A stretch of 64,000 bases of DNA. It comes from Camelus dromedarius (lineage: Eukaryota). The DNA is taken from positions 93,374,001 to 93,438,000 of the forward strand of contig NC_087437.1 of NCBI RefSeq assembly GCF_036321535.1, read 5' to 3'. Each line of letters starts with the position of its first letter. The stretch's first letter is position 1. This document shows, in pieces, positions 26,161 to 38,862 of this stretch. The position numbers and the translations under genes were made by a program. Below the pieces are notes generated by a model. That model was not told the DNA's origin and ran no database searches. It saw nothing but the letters and a program-made list of their open reading frames with translations.

Positions 26161-27300
26161 ATATGTTTGTTTACTTTAAAAAAATCTCTTTGAATGTTGT
26201 TATTTTAGGTAAAAGAAGATTTTAGATTTTGCTTTACTTTAAATAAATGACATAAGCTTATTTATATGTGTTGATAAGATCCATATATTTAGCTTTAGCC
26301 CTGACTTATTATATTATATGAATGAGCTTTCTTGGTTTCTGACCAATGAACTAAATAAAACATCCAGTGCCTTTAGGACATAATAAAAAGTTCCCACAAA
26401 TATTTTGTCAGTTATAATCATATCTGGAGTATGCACTTATTAAAATTTCTTGTTCAAAAAGCAGGAGAATTTAACCAAATGTTCTGTATGCTAAAGCTTG
26501 TGGGACTGAGAGTCATAGAATTTTTGCAATGTCATCCTGAATGTAATCTGTGTGCTACTATGTGGCACAAAGGAGAGAAAGCTGCTATAGGATGATTCAT
26601 GGTTGACAAGAAGAAAGTAGTGAACGGCCCCTAAGAACTATCAACCGACTGTAGGTTAGAACTCTTCTTCCATCTGCCTCTCATATTTTCTGTTTCCAAT
26701 TCTGCACATAACAATGTCAAGATCAGCAGTGGGAGTTTTCACCTGGTTGCTGTAATTCACTGTGAGGCTGATTTTATGATTCACATTTTGGTCCAGAAGG
26801 GTCCATATTGGATGAATCTCGAGGCTCAGATTATCCTTTGTCATCAGATACATTTACTGCCTGATATGTATGACTTACCCCTTGCTGAATGAAGTATCTG
26901 TTACAACTGGGGCTTCGTACTTTGACTTGGTATCTGGAACATGAGATTAGTTCTGTTCTGCAGTTGTGCTTTGTGCCATTGAAAAATTTCTTTGGATTCA
27001 CTGTTCCAAGACAGTTGTTATTTTCACTGTATTCTACAAAGTTTGAAAAGAAAACTAGACTCTATGTGCTGTTTCTAGTATTTTCAGTAAGCTTGATAAT
27101 AGTATATGCATGCAGGCATATAGTTTATACAAATTGGATATTTTCAATTCACTTTCCTCTCCATCATTTCATTGTTATCTTACCTTTTAGGAAAATCACT
27201 ATATGCATTTTGAGTGAAAAAAAGCAAAAACAAAATAATTTTTAGTGTAGGAAACAAATATGATAAGTTTGGTTCAAGTGACATATGCTAACTTTTCAAA

Positions 27301-28315
27301 TTTTTTGATTTTTTTTATCTTTTTTTTTTATTGAGTTATAGTCATTTTACAGTGTTGTGTCAAATTCCAGTGTAGAGCACAATTTTTCAGTTATACGTGA
27401 ACATACGTATATTCATTGTCACATTTGTTTCACTGTGAGTTACCATAAGATCTTGTATATATTTCTCTGTGCTATACAGTATAATCTTGTTTATCTATTG
27501 TACATTTTGAAATCCCAGTCTGTCCCTTCCCACCCCCTGCCCCCTTGGCAAACACAAGTTTATATTCTATGTCTATGAGTCTGTTTCTGTTTTGTATTTA
27601 TGTTTTGTTTGTTTGTTTTTTGGTTTTTTTTTTTTTAGATTCTGCATATAAGCGATCTCATATGGCATTTTTCTTTCTCTTTCTGGCTTACTTAGAATGA
27701 CATACTCCAGGAACATCCATGTTCCTGCAAATGGCATTATGTTGTCATTTTTTATGGCTGAATAGTATCCCATTGTATAAATATACCACATCTTCTTTAT
27801 CCAGTCATCTGTCGATGGACATTTAGGCTGTTCCCATCTTTTGGCTATTGTAAATAGTGCTGCTATGAACACCACGGTGCAGGTGTCATCCTGAAGTAGG
27901 GTTCCTTCTGGATATATGCCCAGGAGCGGGATTCCTGGGCCATATGGTGAGTCTATTCCTAGTCTTTTGAGGAATCTCCATACTGGTTTCCACAGTGGCT
28001 TCACCAAACTGCATTCCCACCAGCAGTGTAGGAGGGTTCCCTTTTCTCCACAGCCTCTCTAGCATTCGTCATTTGTGGACTTTTGAATGATGACCATTCT
28101 GACTAGTGTGAGGTGATACCTCATTGTAGTTTTGATTCGCATTTCTCTGATAATTAGTGATATTGAGCATTTTTTCATGTGCCTATTGATCATTTGTATT
28201 TCTTCCTTGGAGAATTGCTTGTTTAGGTCTTCTGCCCACTTTTGGATTGGGTTGTTTGTTTTTTTCTTATTAAGTTGTATGAGCTACTTATATATTCTGG
28301 AGATCAAGCCTTTGT
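27301..28315 (-). mobile_element. Young 5'-truncated L1 (ORF2 C-terminus plus 3' UTR), camelid-type
   Basis: ORF 27573-28007(-) encodes the L1 ORF2 C-terminus (WRFLKRL...IPLLGIYP...FIAALFTIAK..QPKCPSTDDWIKKMWYIYTM.YYSAIK). Poly(T) at 27301-27329; TSD-like tcaaatt(t/g)ttt at both ends. Confidence 0.95.
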
Positions 28316-28849
28316 CAAATTGTTTCTAGGGCAGACTAATGATTAAAAGTGACAGAAAAAAACAGATACGTTTTCTTTGGAAGTTCTCTGCACAAGATAA
28401 TATAAGGATTATTATTGGGAAAAGATTCTGTAATGAATGGGTCTTTTGGAGATCCCCATTGATACAGTGTAGACAAAATGACCTTTTGAATATGCTAACA
28501 ACTTGTAGAGTTTGATGTTAAGAATCAATGTGACTGGAAAGTAGGGAAAGGAGTAATTGATGGATGGTCTGGGAGCCCACCTGAACAGTTGATAAAAGAA
28601 TTTGAATATCTCAGGAGAGGGGAGAGCAAGAGAGAGTGATCAGTGAGGGCAACTATGTATATATTTGTAGCTCCTGACATGTAGGTGAGATGGTAGGTAA
28701 GGGTTGGGGGTGGTTCTCAGTGCTTTATGTGAACTAATTCAGAAACATTTTGCTGAAACAATAAATAAATAAATAAAAAATACTAAGATCTTTCTTTCAA
28801 TTTTTTTCCTACTTACTATTGTTACTACTTCAAACAAAAATTAGAATCA

Positions 28850-29760
28850 CAGTATAGCTAGAATCTTGACTAAGAAAGGAATCTTTGAAGTGACTTATGT
28901 TCCCTGATAAAGGGGCCGGCCAGTTCTTCAGAGACATAGCACTGTCATCTGGAATCTTTGTGAAGATTATTAAGAAGGGAAAGCACAATAGTTTAAATAC
29001 AGTCTGTTTTGGTTTTTGAAAGCTTTAATTTTTGGACACTTTTTCCTAATGTTGAGATGCTATGTACTTCCCTCTACTGTACCCAATATAAATTCTAGCC
29101 CTGCTCTTTGGAGAACTTCAGTGTAAGGTCAGATTCCTTTTGGAAGACAAGAAAGTCCTTCAAATATCTGAACATGAATATCAAATAAGTCTTAGATATT
29201 TTTTCCCCTCTTTCTCCCTGTAGGCCAAACATTTCTCAGGACAAACTTTGCCTCTATAAATGCAAGTTTTCAAAATATGACATCTTGAATTGGCATAGCA
29301 GTTAGTGTGTTGAGTGACAAACCCAGCATTTGGTTAATCTACTGTACATTTATGTTTAAACACCTTATTTTCATTAATCACTTACTATTGAAGCAGTGAA
29401 TCATACTTTATACTTTAAGTCAACACAAACTTTTAGGCATTTTTCATGTAAACTACTTTTTGTCAAGCTTTTCTAAGCATATAATTATAAAATTGATTCT
29501 TTGAGCTCACTTGCAAGATTTTTTTTTGGTTAAATTGATTTGTGTTAGTTTGGACCCATCATTTACTCTGCCATTTTTATTTTTGAAGTTTGATAATGTC
29601 ATCAATTGCATCAGCTCATCCTCTCAGATTTGGGTTGTCTGAAAATTTAATCAGCATCATTTTTCTTTTTAAGGCATTAATAAAAATGTTGAACAGTTTA
29701 GAGTCAAGGACAGAGTATAAAACTATGCTATTATAATCATCTTTCTAGTTACATATTGAT
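28850..29760 (-). mobile_element. L3/CR1 LINE remnant
   Basis: catcctctcagatttgggttgtctgaaaatttaatcagcat...cattaataaaaatgttgaacag...caaggacagag resembles antisense CR1/L3 RT. Confidence 0.55.
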
Positions 29761-30359
29761 CTATGGCTCAATACTTTTGTGTATTCATTCAACAAATACA
29801 TATTGAGTTTTTATTATTCATCAGAGACTAATCAAGATGCTAGAGATATGACAATAGAAAGCATACTCAATGGCTGTCTTCATAGAGTAGACAGGGTTGC
29901 TGATAGCCTCTATGGCACCTTTGTGAAAATAATTTAAAAAGCACCCTGTCAGGTGAATTCAGGCTTTTTTAACCAAAGAAAGCATACCTTATTTTTTGGG
30001 AAACACTCCAGTGCCAGGTGAATAGCTCATTAAGAGGAGCTGGCTGGACCTCAGCTCCCAAGGAGATCTGCAGCTGTTAGCTTTATTCAGTGTACAAACT
30101 GTGCAACTTTCCATGGTGACCCCTGCACAACCTGATATATTCAACTGTTTCATGTCCTTAATAATTTTTACTTTATTAATCAATGACTGGCTTATCATGT
30201 TCTGGGAAGAGGGCTGTGTTAACCAATGAAGAATAATTGATCTACCTTATAAGAATTCTAGAACAAGAACTGGAGGAAACTCAACCAAGGCATGTTCTTC
30301 TGCATAATTTAAACAACTTTCCAAGAGAATAGTTACTATGGGAAATTATAGAAAGGACA

Positions 30360-31275
30360 GTTATCTGTCTGCCAAAGATGTGTGCTCCTCTTCTCAGAGC
30401 ATAGGACTGTAGCTCTGAGGTGGCTGAGAGATGGGGACTGTGTTTCCCAGAGGATTTGCTCCTTTTCTCATGGGCCACATGCTTGTACTCAACAATGATA
30501 GTAACAGAATCAATCCATTTGGGCTAAGGAGCTTAAGATGTGGTTGTGTCTACCTCACTGTCTTCTCCCAACCACATCTGAAAGGAAAATGTGTGATGCC
30601 TTCCTGTAGCACTTCTCAACAGTTTTGTTCTCAGGATTCCATTACATCCTTAAACAGTATTGAAGATCTAAAGAGCTTCTATATTTGTGGGTTATATTTC
30701 CCAATATTTACTGTATTAGGAATAAAAATTGAGAATTTTTTAAAAAGTATTTGTTTTTAATTAACTTACATAAAATAAAATCCATTGTATAAACAATATA
30801 TTTTACAAAATTTTCCAACATTTTGTACTTTCAAAAATTAAATTTGAAAAATTAAAAAAAATTAAAATAGTGATGAATGGTATTGTTTCACATTTTAAAA
30901 TCTCTTTAATGTCTTAATTCTTCATTCAAGCGGCTGTGACATCACATATCATATAGTTAGAGAAAACGCAACTGTTCACTTGCGGCATAAGAATAAAACA
31001 GACAAATAACATTTTAGTATTTTATAAGATTAGTTTTACCTCATGGATCTACTGAAAGGGTCTTGGGGATTTTCAGGGGTCCTGAATCACTGCTGTGCTA
31101 TGGGAAAATGTAGCCTCCAAACAGAAAAAGCTGGGGTCCCTGAATCACCATATGAAAATCTGTATTCTACAGAGGACACCAGTATTGGACAGCTACATGA
31201 CAGATAAAGTATTATTATGCAAAACCACTAAGATTTGGGAGTTTATATATTAGAGAAGCTAGAACTGCCCTATCT
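30360..31275 (+). mobile_element. Old MLT1 (J-like) LTR split by a MER119-like element
   Basis: 5' part at 30360-30600; 3' part ctggggtccctgaatcaccatatg...aaaccactaagatttgggagttt at 31130-31275. Confidence 0.55.
30606..31095 (+). mobile_element. MER119-like hAT-Charlie DNA transposon fossil
   Basis: ttctcaacagttttgttctcaggattccattacatccttaaa...aaagagcttctatatttgtgggttatat...ctgaaagggtcttggggat matches the recalled MER119 consensus. Confidence 0.75.
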
Positions 31276-31560
31276 AGAAGAGAAATCCGCAGAAAATACT
31301 AATTTTGATATAAGAAATTTTTCTTCTCAATGATACTTACCCAGGAATGGGTCTTTTTTATTTCTAATAAACATGCCCAGCAAGATCCAGCAGGTGAAAA
31401 CCAACATGTAATACCCACAAGAAGCCCGAGGAATAATGGGATCTATTTGGTTGGGAAAAAATAATAGAAAAGTTAAGGGTACTGAATCTGTTCTAGAAAT
31501 GAGATGACCATGGGACTTACTGTTTCTTTCTAAGTTTATGAAAACTAATCTGGATGGTAG

Positions 31561-31561
<1 letters not shown>

Positions 31562-31600
<39 letters not shown>
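31562..31600. repeat. (GT)n microsatellite
   Basis: About 19 TG units. Confidence 0.95.
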
Positions 31601-31601
<1 letters not shown>

Positions 31602-31668
31602 GATAGTAGAATAACAGAGAAGTTGAAATTGCACTGCTTTAATTTGAGATTAAGTAGTTGAAAGGATT

Positions 31669-32224
31669 ACTCAAGTCTGGAGTAAAGATTCGCTATAAAT
31701 CAAAAAACTGGACTCATGGTCCACTTCTCCGTAAAGAATACTTGTGTGCTTCTGTCACGACTCCTCTACTTGTGCCCCTCAGTGTCCCTGCCTCACCACC
31801 AGTATTCACCTTAGACTGTTGGGTCCATTCTCATTCTGTCCTTTGTTCTTGTTTGCCATTCACCACAAGAAACACAGAATTCCCATGAAAACCTCACGTC
31901 AAGTCTCCTATCCCAGGCACTGAGAACCATTGAGAATAAAAAGAAAACTAAGTAGTAAGAAGTGAGACAGACAGAGAGAGAGAAGCACTTCTTAAAAGTA
32001 AGCAGGCAGAAAGTCAGAGGATGCATCTGGAGTCCTGAGTGTTCACAGGACAGAGGGACAGAGGAAGTGTCTGAGGAACAGAATAACAAGAAAGACCTAG
32101 GATCAATAAATCAAAATAGACTCTCTTTTCCCATCTCCATGTTCTATTTCAGTCTGCACTTGCTTGGGGATAAATAAGCCATTTTCTCTTCTCTGTACTT
32201 AATTTTGTGTTCAGTGGAGTATGT
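31669..32224 (+). repeat. Inverted repeat IR-B, left arm (556 bp)
   Basis: Hand alignment with the reverse complement of 33138-33694: core 31735-32224 has 6 substitutions and 1 indel; the outer 66 bp has 14 mismatches. Confidence 0.98.
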
Positions 32225-33137
32225 AAGGATGCTTCTTAACTCTTATAAATAATAGTGCATGTGCTGCATACACGGAGAGAAGTGGCTTAAAGGAATGAAG
32301 GTGAAACTATACTGTTTTTTAAATCAATAATTTTGTCTTTCCAAGTTTTTTCAGACATAGCTAAATCCTAGAGAGAAATTTTGTAATAGCTGATGAAAAC
32401 TATAGATACCCTTAAATCACTGCACACTCAGTAATTTTTCCAGTATTGCAAAATGAATAACCAAAAATAAATTATGTATCACTCTTAGAATTGTCAAATG
32501 CTGCAAAGTTTTCTTCTTTCAAAATCCTTGAAGCCAAGAATTGAAGACTCTAACAGTGTGTGTATGTGTGTGTGTGTGTATGTATGTGTATATATATATA
32601 CACACACATATACATATATATATATTTTACCATAGGACTACAATGTATTGATCAGTAAGTATTATTACTGATTTTTTTTCTTAGCAAAAAAAGGAGAGGA
32701 AAAGAAGACTTTGATAATGTTAAGCCTAGCTATTAGAAATAGAATTTTTTTTTCCTTAACAATAGATTAGCTGGTCAAGTTTACACGATACTTTACAGGC
32801 ACTCATCCAGTTCTTATGCTAAATGAGTTCAAGAAATCATTGCAACAGAGGTCTAGAAAGGACTCAAAATGACAAGTTCTTCCCCTTCACAGTTGATAAA
32901 TTCCAGAAATAAATAAACCGGGGCCCCTCTTCCCTCCTCACTTCCTCCCTGGGCAGGATCATAACCATTTTCACATAATAGGCATTGTTATTGTGAGTTT
33001 ATCATCATTATACATGATTATGTACACACATACTCAGTGTTATTTTTATAAGTATTAACCAGTCTCAAAAAGGGTTCTTCAAAACACATCTTTACTCATC
33101 TTTCTAAACAATATTTTCTAGATCTCCAAATAGCTCA

Positions 33138-33694
33138 ACATACTCCACTGAACACAAAATTAAGTACAGAGAAGAGAAAATGGCTTATTTATCCCCAAGC
33201 AAGTGCAGACTGAAATAGAACATGGAGATGGGAAAAGAGAGTCTATTTTGATTTATTGATCCTAGGTCTTTCTTGTTATTCTGTTCCTCAGACACTTCCT
33301 CTGTCCCTCTATCCTGTGAACACTCAGGACTCCAGATGCATCCTCTGACTTTCTGCCTGCTTACTTTTAAGAAGTGCTTCTCTCTCTCTGTCTGTCTCTT
33401 TCCTTACTATTTAGTTTTCTTTTTATTCTCAATGGTTCTCAGTGCCTGGGATAGGAGACTTGACGTGAGGTTTTCATGGGAATTCTGTGTTTCTTGTGGT
33501 GAATGGCAAACAAGAACAAAGGACAGAATGAGAATGGACCCAACAGTCTAAGGTGAATACTGGTGGTGAGGCAGGGACAGCTGAGGGGCACAAGCAGAGG
33601 AGTCGTGACAGAAGCACACAAGTATTCTATAAGGAGAAGCGGGCCATGAGTCCAATTTCCTGGTTCATAGAGAATCTTTACTTGGCACTTGAGT
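33138..33694 (-). repeat. Inverted repeat IR-B, right arm (557 bp)
   Basis: Partner of 31669-32224. Also visible as the near-identical ORFs 31811-32089(-) and 33273-33551(+). Confidence 0.98.
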
Positions 33695-34685
33695 GGCTTA
33701 TCAAATGACAGAAGGAATTAGTTAAGAGTCCTCCCTATTTCCAATTAGGCATGACTGTCGGTAGCTGAGCCTGGAACACACACGCACACACACACACTAA
33801 ATGTACATACTAAGTCAGTTCCGACAAGCTGTTGGTTAGTGCAAATTCCTACAGATTCTGGAAATATATTGACCAAGAATTACGGTGTATGCTATTGTGA
33901 GTTTTAGCTTTTATGTCCATGTTTTCATAGACACAGCAGTGATAAGATGGGAGGGATTTTTGGTCATGAGCCAGAGGACAGATGTCATTTACAAAGAGAA
34001 ACTTTTCTGTATTTGCCTTTAAACATCAGGGCCTAGACTTGGGCCTAGTAATTTCTTTTAAGATTGTTTTTACTGCAGAGAAGCTTCAAAATAATCAGCA
34101 GTGAGAGAGATAATCAAGATTGGTTGGCCTATGCTTAAGAAATGCTTGAGATTAGTATTATGATACTTTGAAAACACTGTTTTTTTTTCAAAGGTATAAT
34201 TTAATTTTATAAATAACAATAATGTTCTTTGTTGTGCATTCAGCAAAACTTTCTTCGGTTAAAAGTTACTTATTTCAGGTGCACAGACAAGACCTATAAT
34301 TATGAGACCAAGTCTAGCAATTACTCTGGGCTTATTTTTCTATTTTGGCAGCTTCAGGGAAAAAGAAGAAATTCAACTTTAGCAACACAAGGGGAATCCA
34401 GTACTTTTTCAATCACTGGAGTTTTCCCAGGGATGAAGCTAAACCTAGTTTTAAGGACCAAAAGGTTTGACACTATTCATTATTCCACTGTTCTGCTTCT
34501 GAAATCAGATGTGCTGTTTCACTTTTGACTGAAGTCTTTCCAGTGTCTGAGCTTATTACCATACCCCGGTTTAGGCAGACTCTCATTTTCGTATGCTTTG
34601 CTTCTCTTCCTTCCTTTTGGTTCTTCTGCATGATTTCCCTATCCTCACTGTCTGTCTGCTTTGTGTTTCCTTGCTCATCTTACAG

Positions 34686-34711
34686 CAAGCTCGCCTGCTC
34701 GCGCTTGGGAG
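34686..34711 (+). other. Candidate 26-nt microexon or splice-acceptor element
   Basis: ~105-nt AG-free pyrimidine-rich zone (34579-34683), branch-like cctcac, acceptor ttgctcatcttacag|, donor GAG|gtattt, and 3 CpGs in 26 nt. Confidence 0.3.
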
Positions 34712-36269
34712 GTATTTAAATGGCTTGTTGTTTGCAGCCCGCTGCACCCTCGAGCTACAAATGGAAATAAGAGGAGGGCTTGTGGACATTTTCTATTGTC
34801 CTTAAATATCCAGGGAGCTACACTGTGATGAATTAACTGAAGATTGTAAGAAACATAGGGATGAACGGATATGGTCTCCTTTTCTAATCCATGTTATACA
34901 ATTCTTGTGATGGATTTTTCCTGTGACTCATCTAGTCCCCTTTTTGCTCGGTTTTGCAAAACAGGCTGAAGCACATTTTATTTCCCTGCTGTGAAGCAGC
35001 TTGCGCAAAAATTGAAGCCCATATCATGTGTCTGGTCTCACACTAAAACACTGTAATTAAACATATATAATAATTTAATTAAGATTCATTCAAATCTGCT
35101 TCTCTCCTGTTCATTCTGTTTTCAAGGGAAGATCATTAAAATGCCCAGAAATCCCAATTCTTGTTTTTTTCTGGTTTCTGTCTGACTATTTGCTGCACTG
35201 CCTTGAATACTCTGAATGCTATCGGCAGTATCACTTTCAGTCTTGGAGACTGGTCATAGGAGCACACCTCTTATGAATCCTCATCCCTCTTCTTTTAAAC
35301 CTTAGAGTGGACTGATTGAAGCGAGGTGAGCATCTCTTAACAGCACTTCCAAGATGCGATTTTCAGCCTATCTGCCTTTGCTTGCCTAGTAAAAGAATGC
35401 ACAACCTGTAAAAGGGTACAAGAGTCCCCTTTTTTTCCCCCAACCCATACATTTTCTCAGATGGCCATAATAAAAATTCTGCAGCTTCCTCTCTGATGTT
35501 ATGTTCTTTACATGACATCTAGAGGCCGAAATTGATGTGAGCCGTAATTAATCTTTCCACGTGGCTATGCAGACCCTTGGTATATCAGGAATAAGAATCA
35601 CACCGTCTGCATACTAAACTTACAGAACATTCCAGTGCCAATCTGTATTCTGAGCTGTGCACAGTTTGATCCATCATCTTCCGGATATAAAAGGTATCGG
35701 AAAAGAAAGCAGCCTTATGAGGAAAGAAAAGACTTAAAAGAATAAAACTCTTTTTTCTGACTTTGTATTCTCTATGCAATAAATTCTGCTGTTAATCTTC
35801 ACATAAATTGTGAAATAATCTAATTAGTGTTCCTGACATTTACCTATGACAGTCAAAATCCTGCTGGTAATCAATAATGTAAAGTGGCTGATTAAATTTT
35901 CTTTTCTTTTCCATCAAAAATTTTAAAAGCAAAATTCATTTTACTGTCCCTTATGTGTTCTCAGAACACTCCTCTGACTCCAGCTTTAATCTGCAAATTT
36001 GCAGAAAGCTCAGGAAAGAATTTAAATTGTATGAAGGATAATTGATACTGTCACCACTTGGCTACAAAGCAGTTCTCTGCATTTTTCTCAGCAGTCCTCA
36101 CAAAACAAATACCAGAACCGTACAATCACTATAGTTGTAATTAAAGAAACAGTTCAAGCATCTTTTTCTAAATACTTTGAATATCAGAAAATTTAAATGC
36201 CATCATTTTGTAATTGAATCATGGGGAGAAAGATGTTTGAAATCCTTATGTACTGTGATGATTATATAT

Positions 36270-36614
36270 TGTGATGATGTTTGTGTCCCTTCAAAATGTA
36301 TATGTTGACATCCTAAGTCCCCCATGTGATGGTGTTAGGAGCTGGGGTCTTTCGGAGGTCATGAGGGTGGAGCCTTCATGAATAGAATTAGTGCCCTTGT
36401 AAAAATAATCCTAGAGCCGCTCTCTCACTCCAGTATGTGAGAATACAAAGAAAAGTTGGCAGTTTGTAATCTGTAAGAGTGTTCTCACCAGAACCTACCC
36501 ATTCCAGCACCCTGATCTTGGACTTCCAACTTTAAAAACTTGAAGAAATAAATTTCTGTTCTTTTTAAACCTCCTATTCTATAGTACGGTGTTGTAGCAG
36601 CTTGAACTAAGACA
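36270..36614 (+). mobile_element. MLT1A-like MaLR solo LTR
   Basis: tgtttgtgtcccttcaaaatgtatatgttga...catgagggtggagccttcatgaat...ccctgatcttggacttcca...aataaatttctgtt...aactaagaca. Confidence 0.88.
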
Positions 36615-36929
36615 GATGATAACCTTAACTATGCCTTTTAAAAATATATTTCATACACACACGTATATACACATATACATGCATATGTATACACAGACAT
36701 TTGATTAAGTCTTTCATAGATAGTAACTGTTAAACATACATATCTGATCTAAAATCATATCATTCCAACTAATTCAAATGATGGAATAAATTACTACTTT
36801 TTTGGGGTGTATCTGTGTGCTCACACACACATGCGTGTGTGTGTATGTGGTGACATTGATCAATTTCTGCCTTGGGCAATGCTCTGTTTTGGGGCCGTCT
36901 GTATTACTATATGCACATGCAGCTCACTG

Positions 36930-37440
36930 TGTCCTGCAGCTGCCTTATAGTTCATATCTGTCACATTTTCCTGACCAATGTCCTGGTGATGAACACCTAG
37001 GACACTCATGTTTTCTATAACTATAAAAAAAAATGCTAAGATGAGTCTTTCTATAAATATCATCATACTGATTTGTGCAAGTGTTTTCTGGAATATATAC
37101 TAAGACAGATTTCTGTGTCATAGGAAACACGCATACGTAATTTTGCTAAATATTGCCAGATGGCTTTCCAGAATAGCTGTTGCAGTATACACTGCCAGCA
37201 CAGCATGAAAGTTCCTGTCTGCCCACATCCTTGCCAATAACTGGAATGACACCATGTTCTGATTTTAAATATACTGATTAATATAAAGTTATATCTCATT
37301 GTTAAAATTGTAATTATTTGATCAATAGTAAGTTTGAACAGCTCTACATATGATTGTCATATGTTTGAATTCTTCTGCAAATTAATTTTTCAGATGTTTT
37401 GTTCATTTTCCTATCAAGCTTTCTGTCTTTTTCTTGGAGA
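36930..37440 (-). mobile_element. Ancient L1ME-type fragment
   Basis: tattgccagatggctttccagaatagctgttgcagtatacactgccagcacagcatgaaagttcctgt...cacatccttgccaata. Confidence 0.7.
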
Positions 37441-38240
37441 TGTGCAGTTACTTGTTCCAAAAGTTTCCTGGACCCAATTGCGGAGTATGAGTGGAGGCTT
37501 CCCCACACCAAGAAATTCTCAGATGCCAGCAGGATGTCTGAGAATTCAACTCAGTTTCCTGTTTACCTAGAGACAGAAGCAGATTCTGCAGGTTTGATCA
37601 CCCTCCACTCAAGACACCAATGATAAGCCCATGTTGTTTCCTACGCTTCTAACCAACTGCCTAAAACTGGGGATTCCCACAGTCCCCTCCCACTCAGGAT
37701 GCCAATCACAAGTCCAAGTTGTTGTCTCTGACCAACTGGTGGTAAATCAGAGGTTCCCACTGTTACCTGAAAACTGGGTTTGCCTCTTGGTGGGTGTTGA
37801 GCCAAAAGATACGACCAAGCCAGAGAGCTGGAGAAGGAAAGATTTATTACTTGCAGCAAGTAAGGGGAACACTGGGGATCTCTCCCAAAGCAGTGTCTCT
37901 CCAAACATCAAAATTGGGGATGTTTTAAGCTAAGGGTACATGCATATTCATGAAGAGGCTTGGGCACTGTATGTATATTCATGAGAGGGCTTAAGCATAG
38001 TGGATTCAGCATAGAGTGGGGACAAAAATTGACAGAGTTCACTCGTGTGTGTGTGTGTGTGTGTGTGTGTTGAAAGAAGTATCCTTTATTATTTTTCAAT
38101 AAGAGAAGCATGACTGGAAATCGGTTATCTAGAATAAATATTTGGGGATAGATAAAATAATAACTAATAAGACTTGTTCAAAGCACCTTTTTCAGAGACA
38201 TAACAATAAGACTTATGTAATTTTGATGCAAGAAAACAGA

Positions 38241-38862
38241 TGTGGGGCATGAGGAGGGCCATGTCCCAGGCTTTGGCTGAGCCCCTGGGACGTGCCCCAC
38301 CAAGTGTGGGTCCTTGGCTTCATGCAGGAAAGAATCCACGAGCGAGCCACAGTTGAGTAAAGGTAGATTTATTTAGAGAGATATATTGAAAGGCAAGAGA
38401 AAGGTCACAAGGTGTGGGGGTTGGGTGCTTAGATTAGAGTAAAAGTAGATACACACTCCATAAACAGAGTATGGGCCATTTCTGAATGGAGAGAGAGAGA
38501 GAGAGGCAGCCACCATGAGGCACCTTGTTGACAGTTTTTATGGGCTTTGGTAGCTTCATATGCTAATAAGTGGAAGGACCAGTCTAGCCAGCCTGGGGAA
38601 AGGGCTGGGATTCCCAAGAAGTTGGCCATTTCCCACTTTGACCTTTTGTGGCTAGCCTTGGGACAGCCATGGGCCTGTGGGCATGTTACTCACCATGTTA
38701 ATATATTACAATGGGCATATAATGAAGCTCAAGATCTACTAGAAGTTAAATCTCCCATCATTTTGATCCTCGAGGCCTACTAGGGGTGGAATCTTTCACC
38801 ATTTTGATGTTAATTTCTGTAGCATTCCTTGAATGGCTATGCATTGCCTCCTCCCTGTCTCA
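38241..38862 (-). mobile_element. Second ERV1 LTR (3' LTR of the nested provirus fragment)
   Basis: tgtgggg...tgtctca termini, followed by the antisense PPT ttcccccctc (GAGGGGGGAA); antisense AATAAA at ~38368. Confidence 0.8.

Noticed and set aside
27573..28007. 144-aa ORF as a host gene
   Set aside because: It is the C-terminus of L1 ORF2 in a truncated copy.
31335..31500. Minus-strand exon candidate (donor TGG|gtaagt at 31340)
   Set aside because: The acceptor is mediocre, there is no coding signal, and isolated consensus donors are common.
31811..33551. Twin 92-aa ORFs (31811-32089 - and 33273-33551 +) as duplicated genes
   Set aside because: They start at a non-ATG codon, have no recognisable domain, and are simply a by-product of IR-B.
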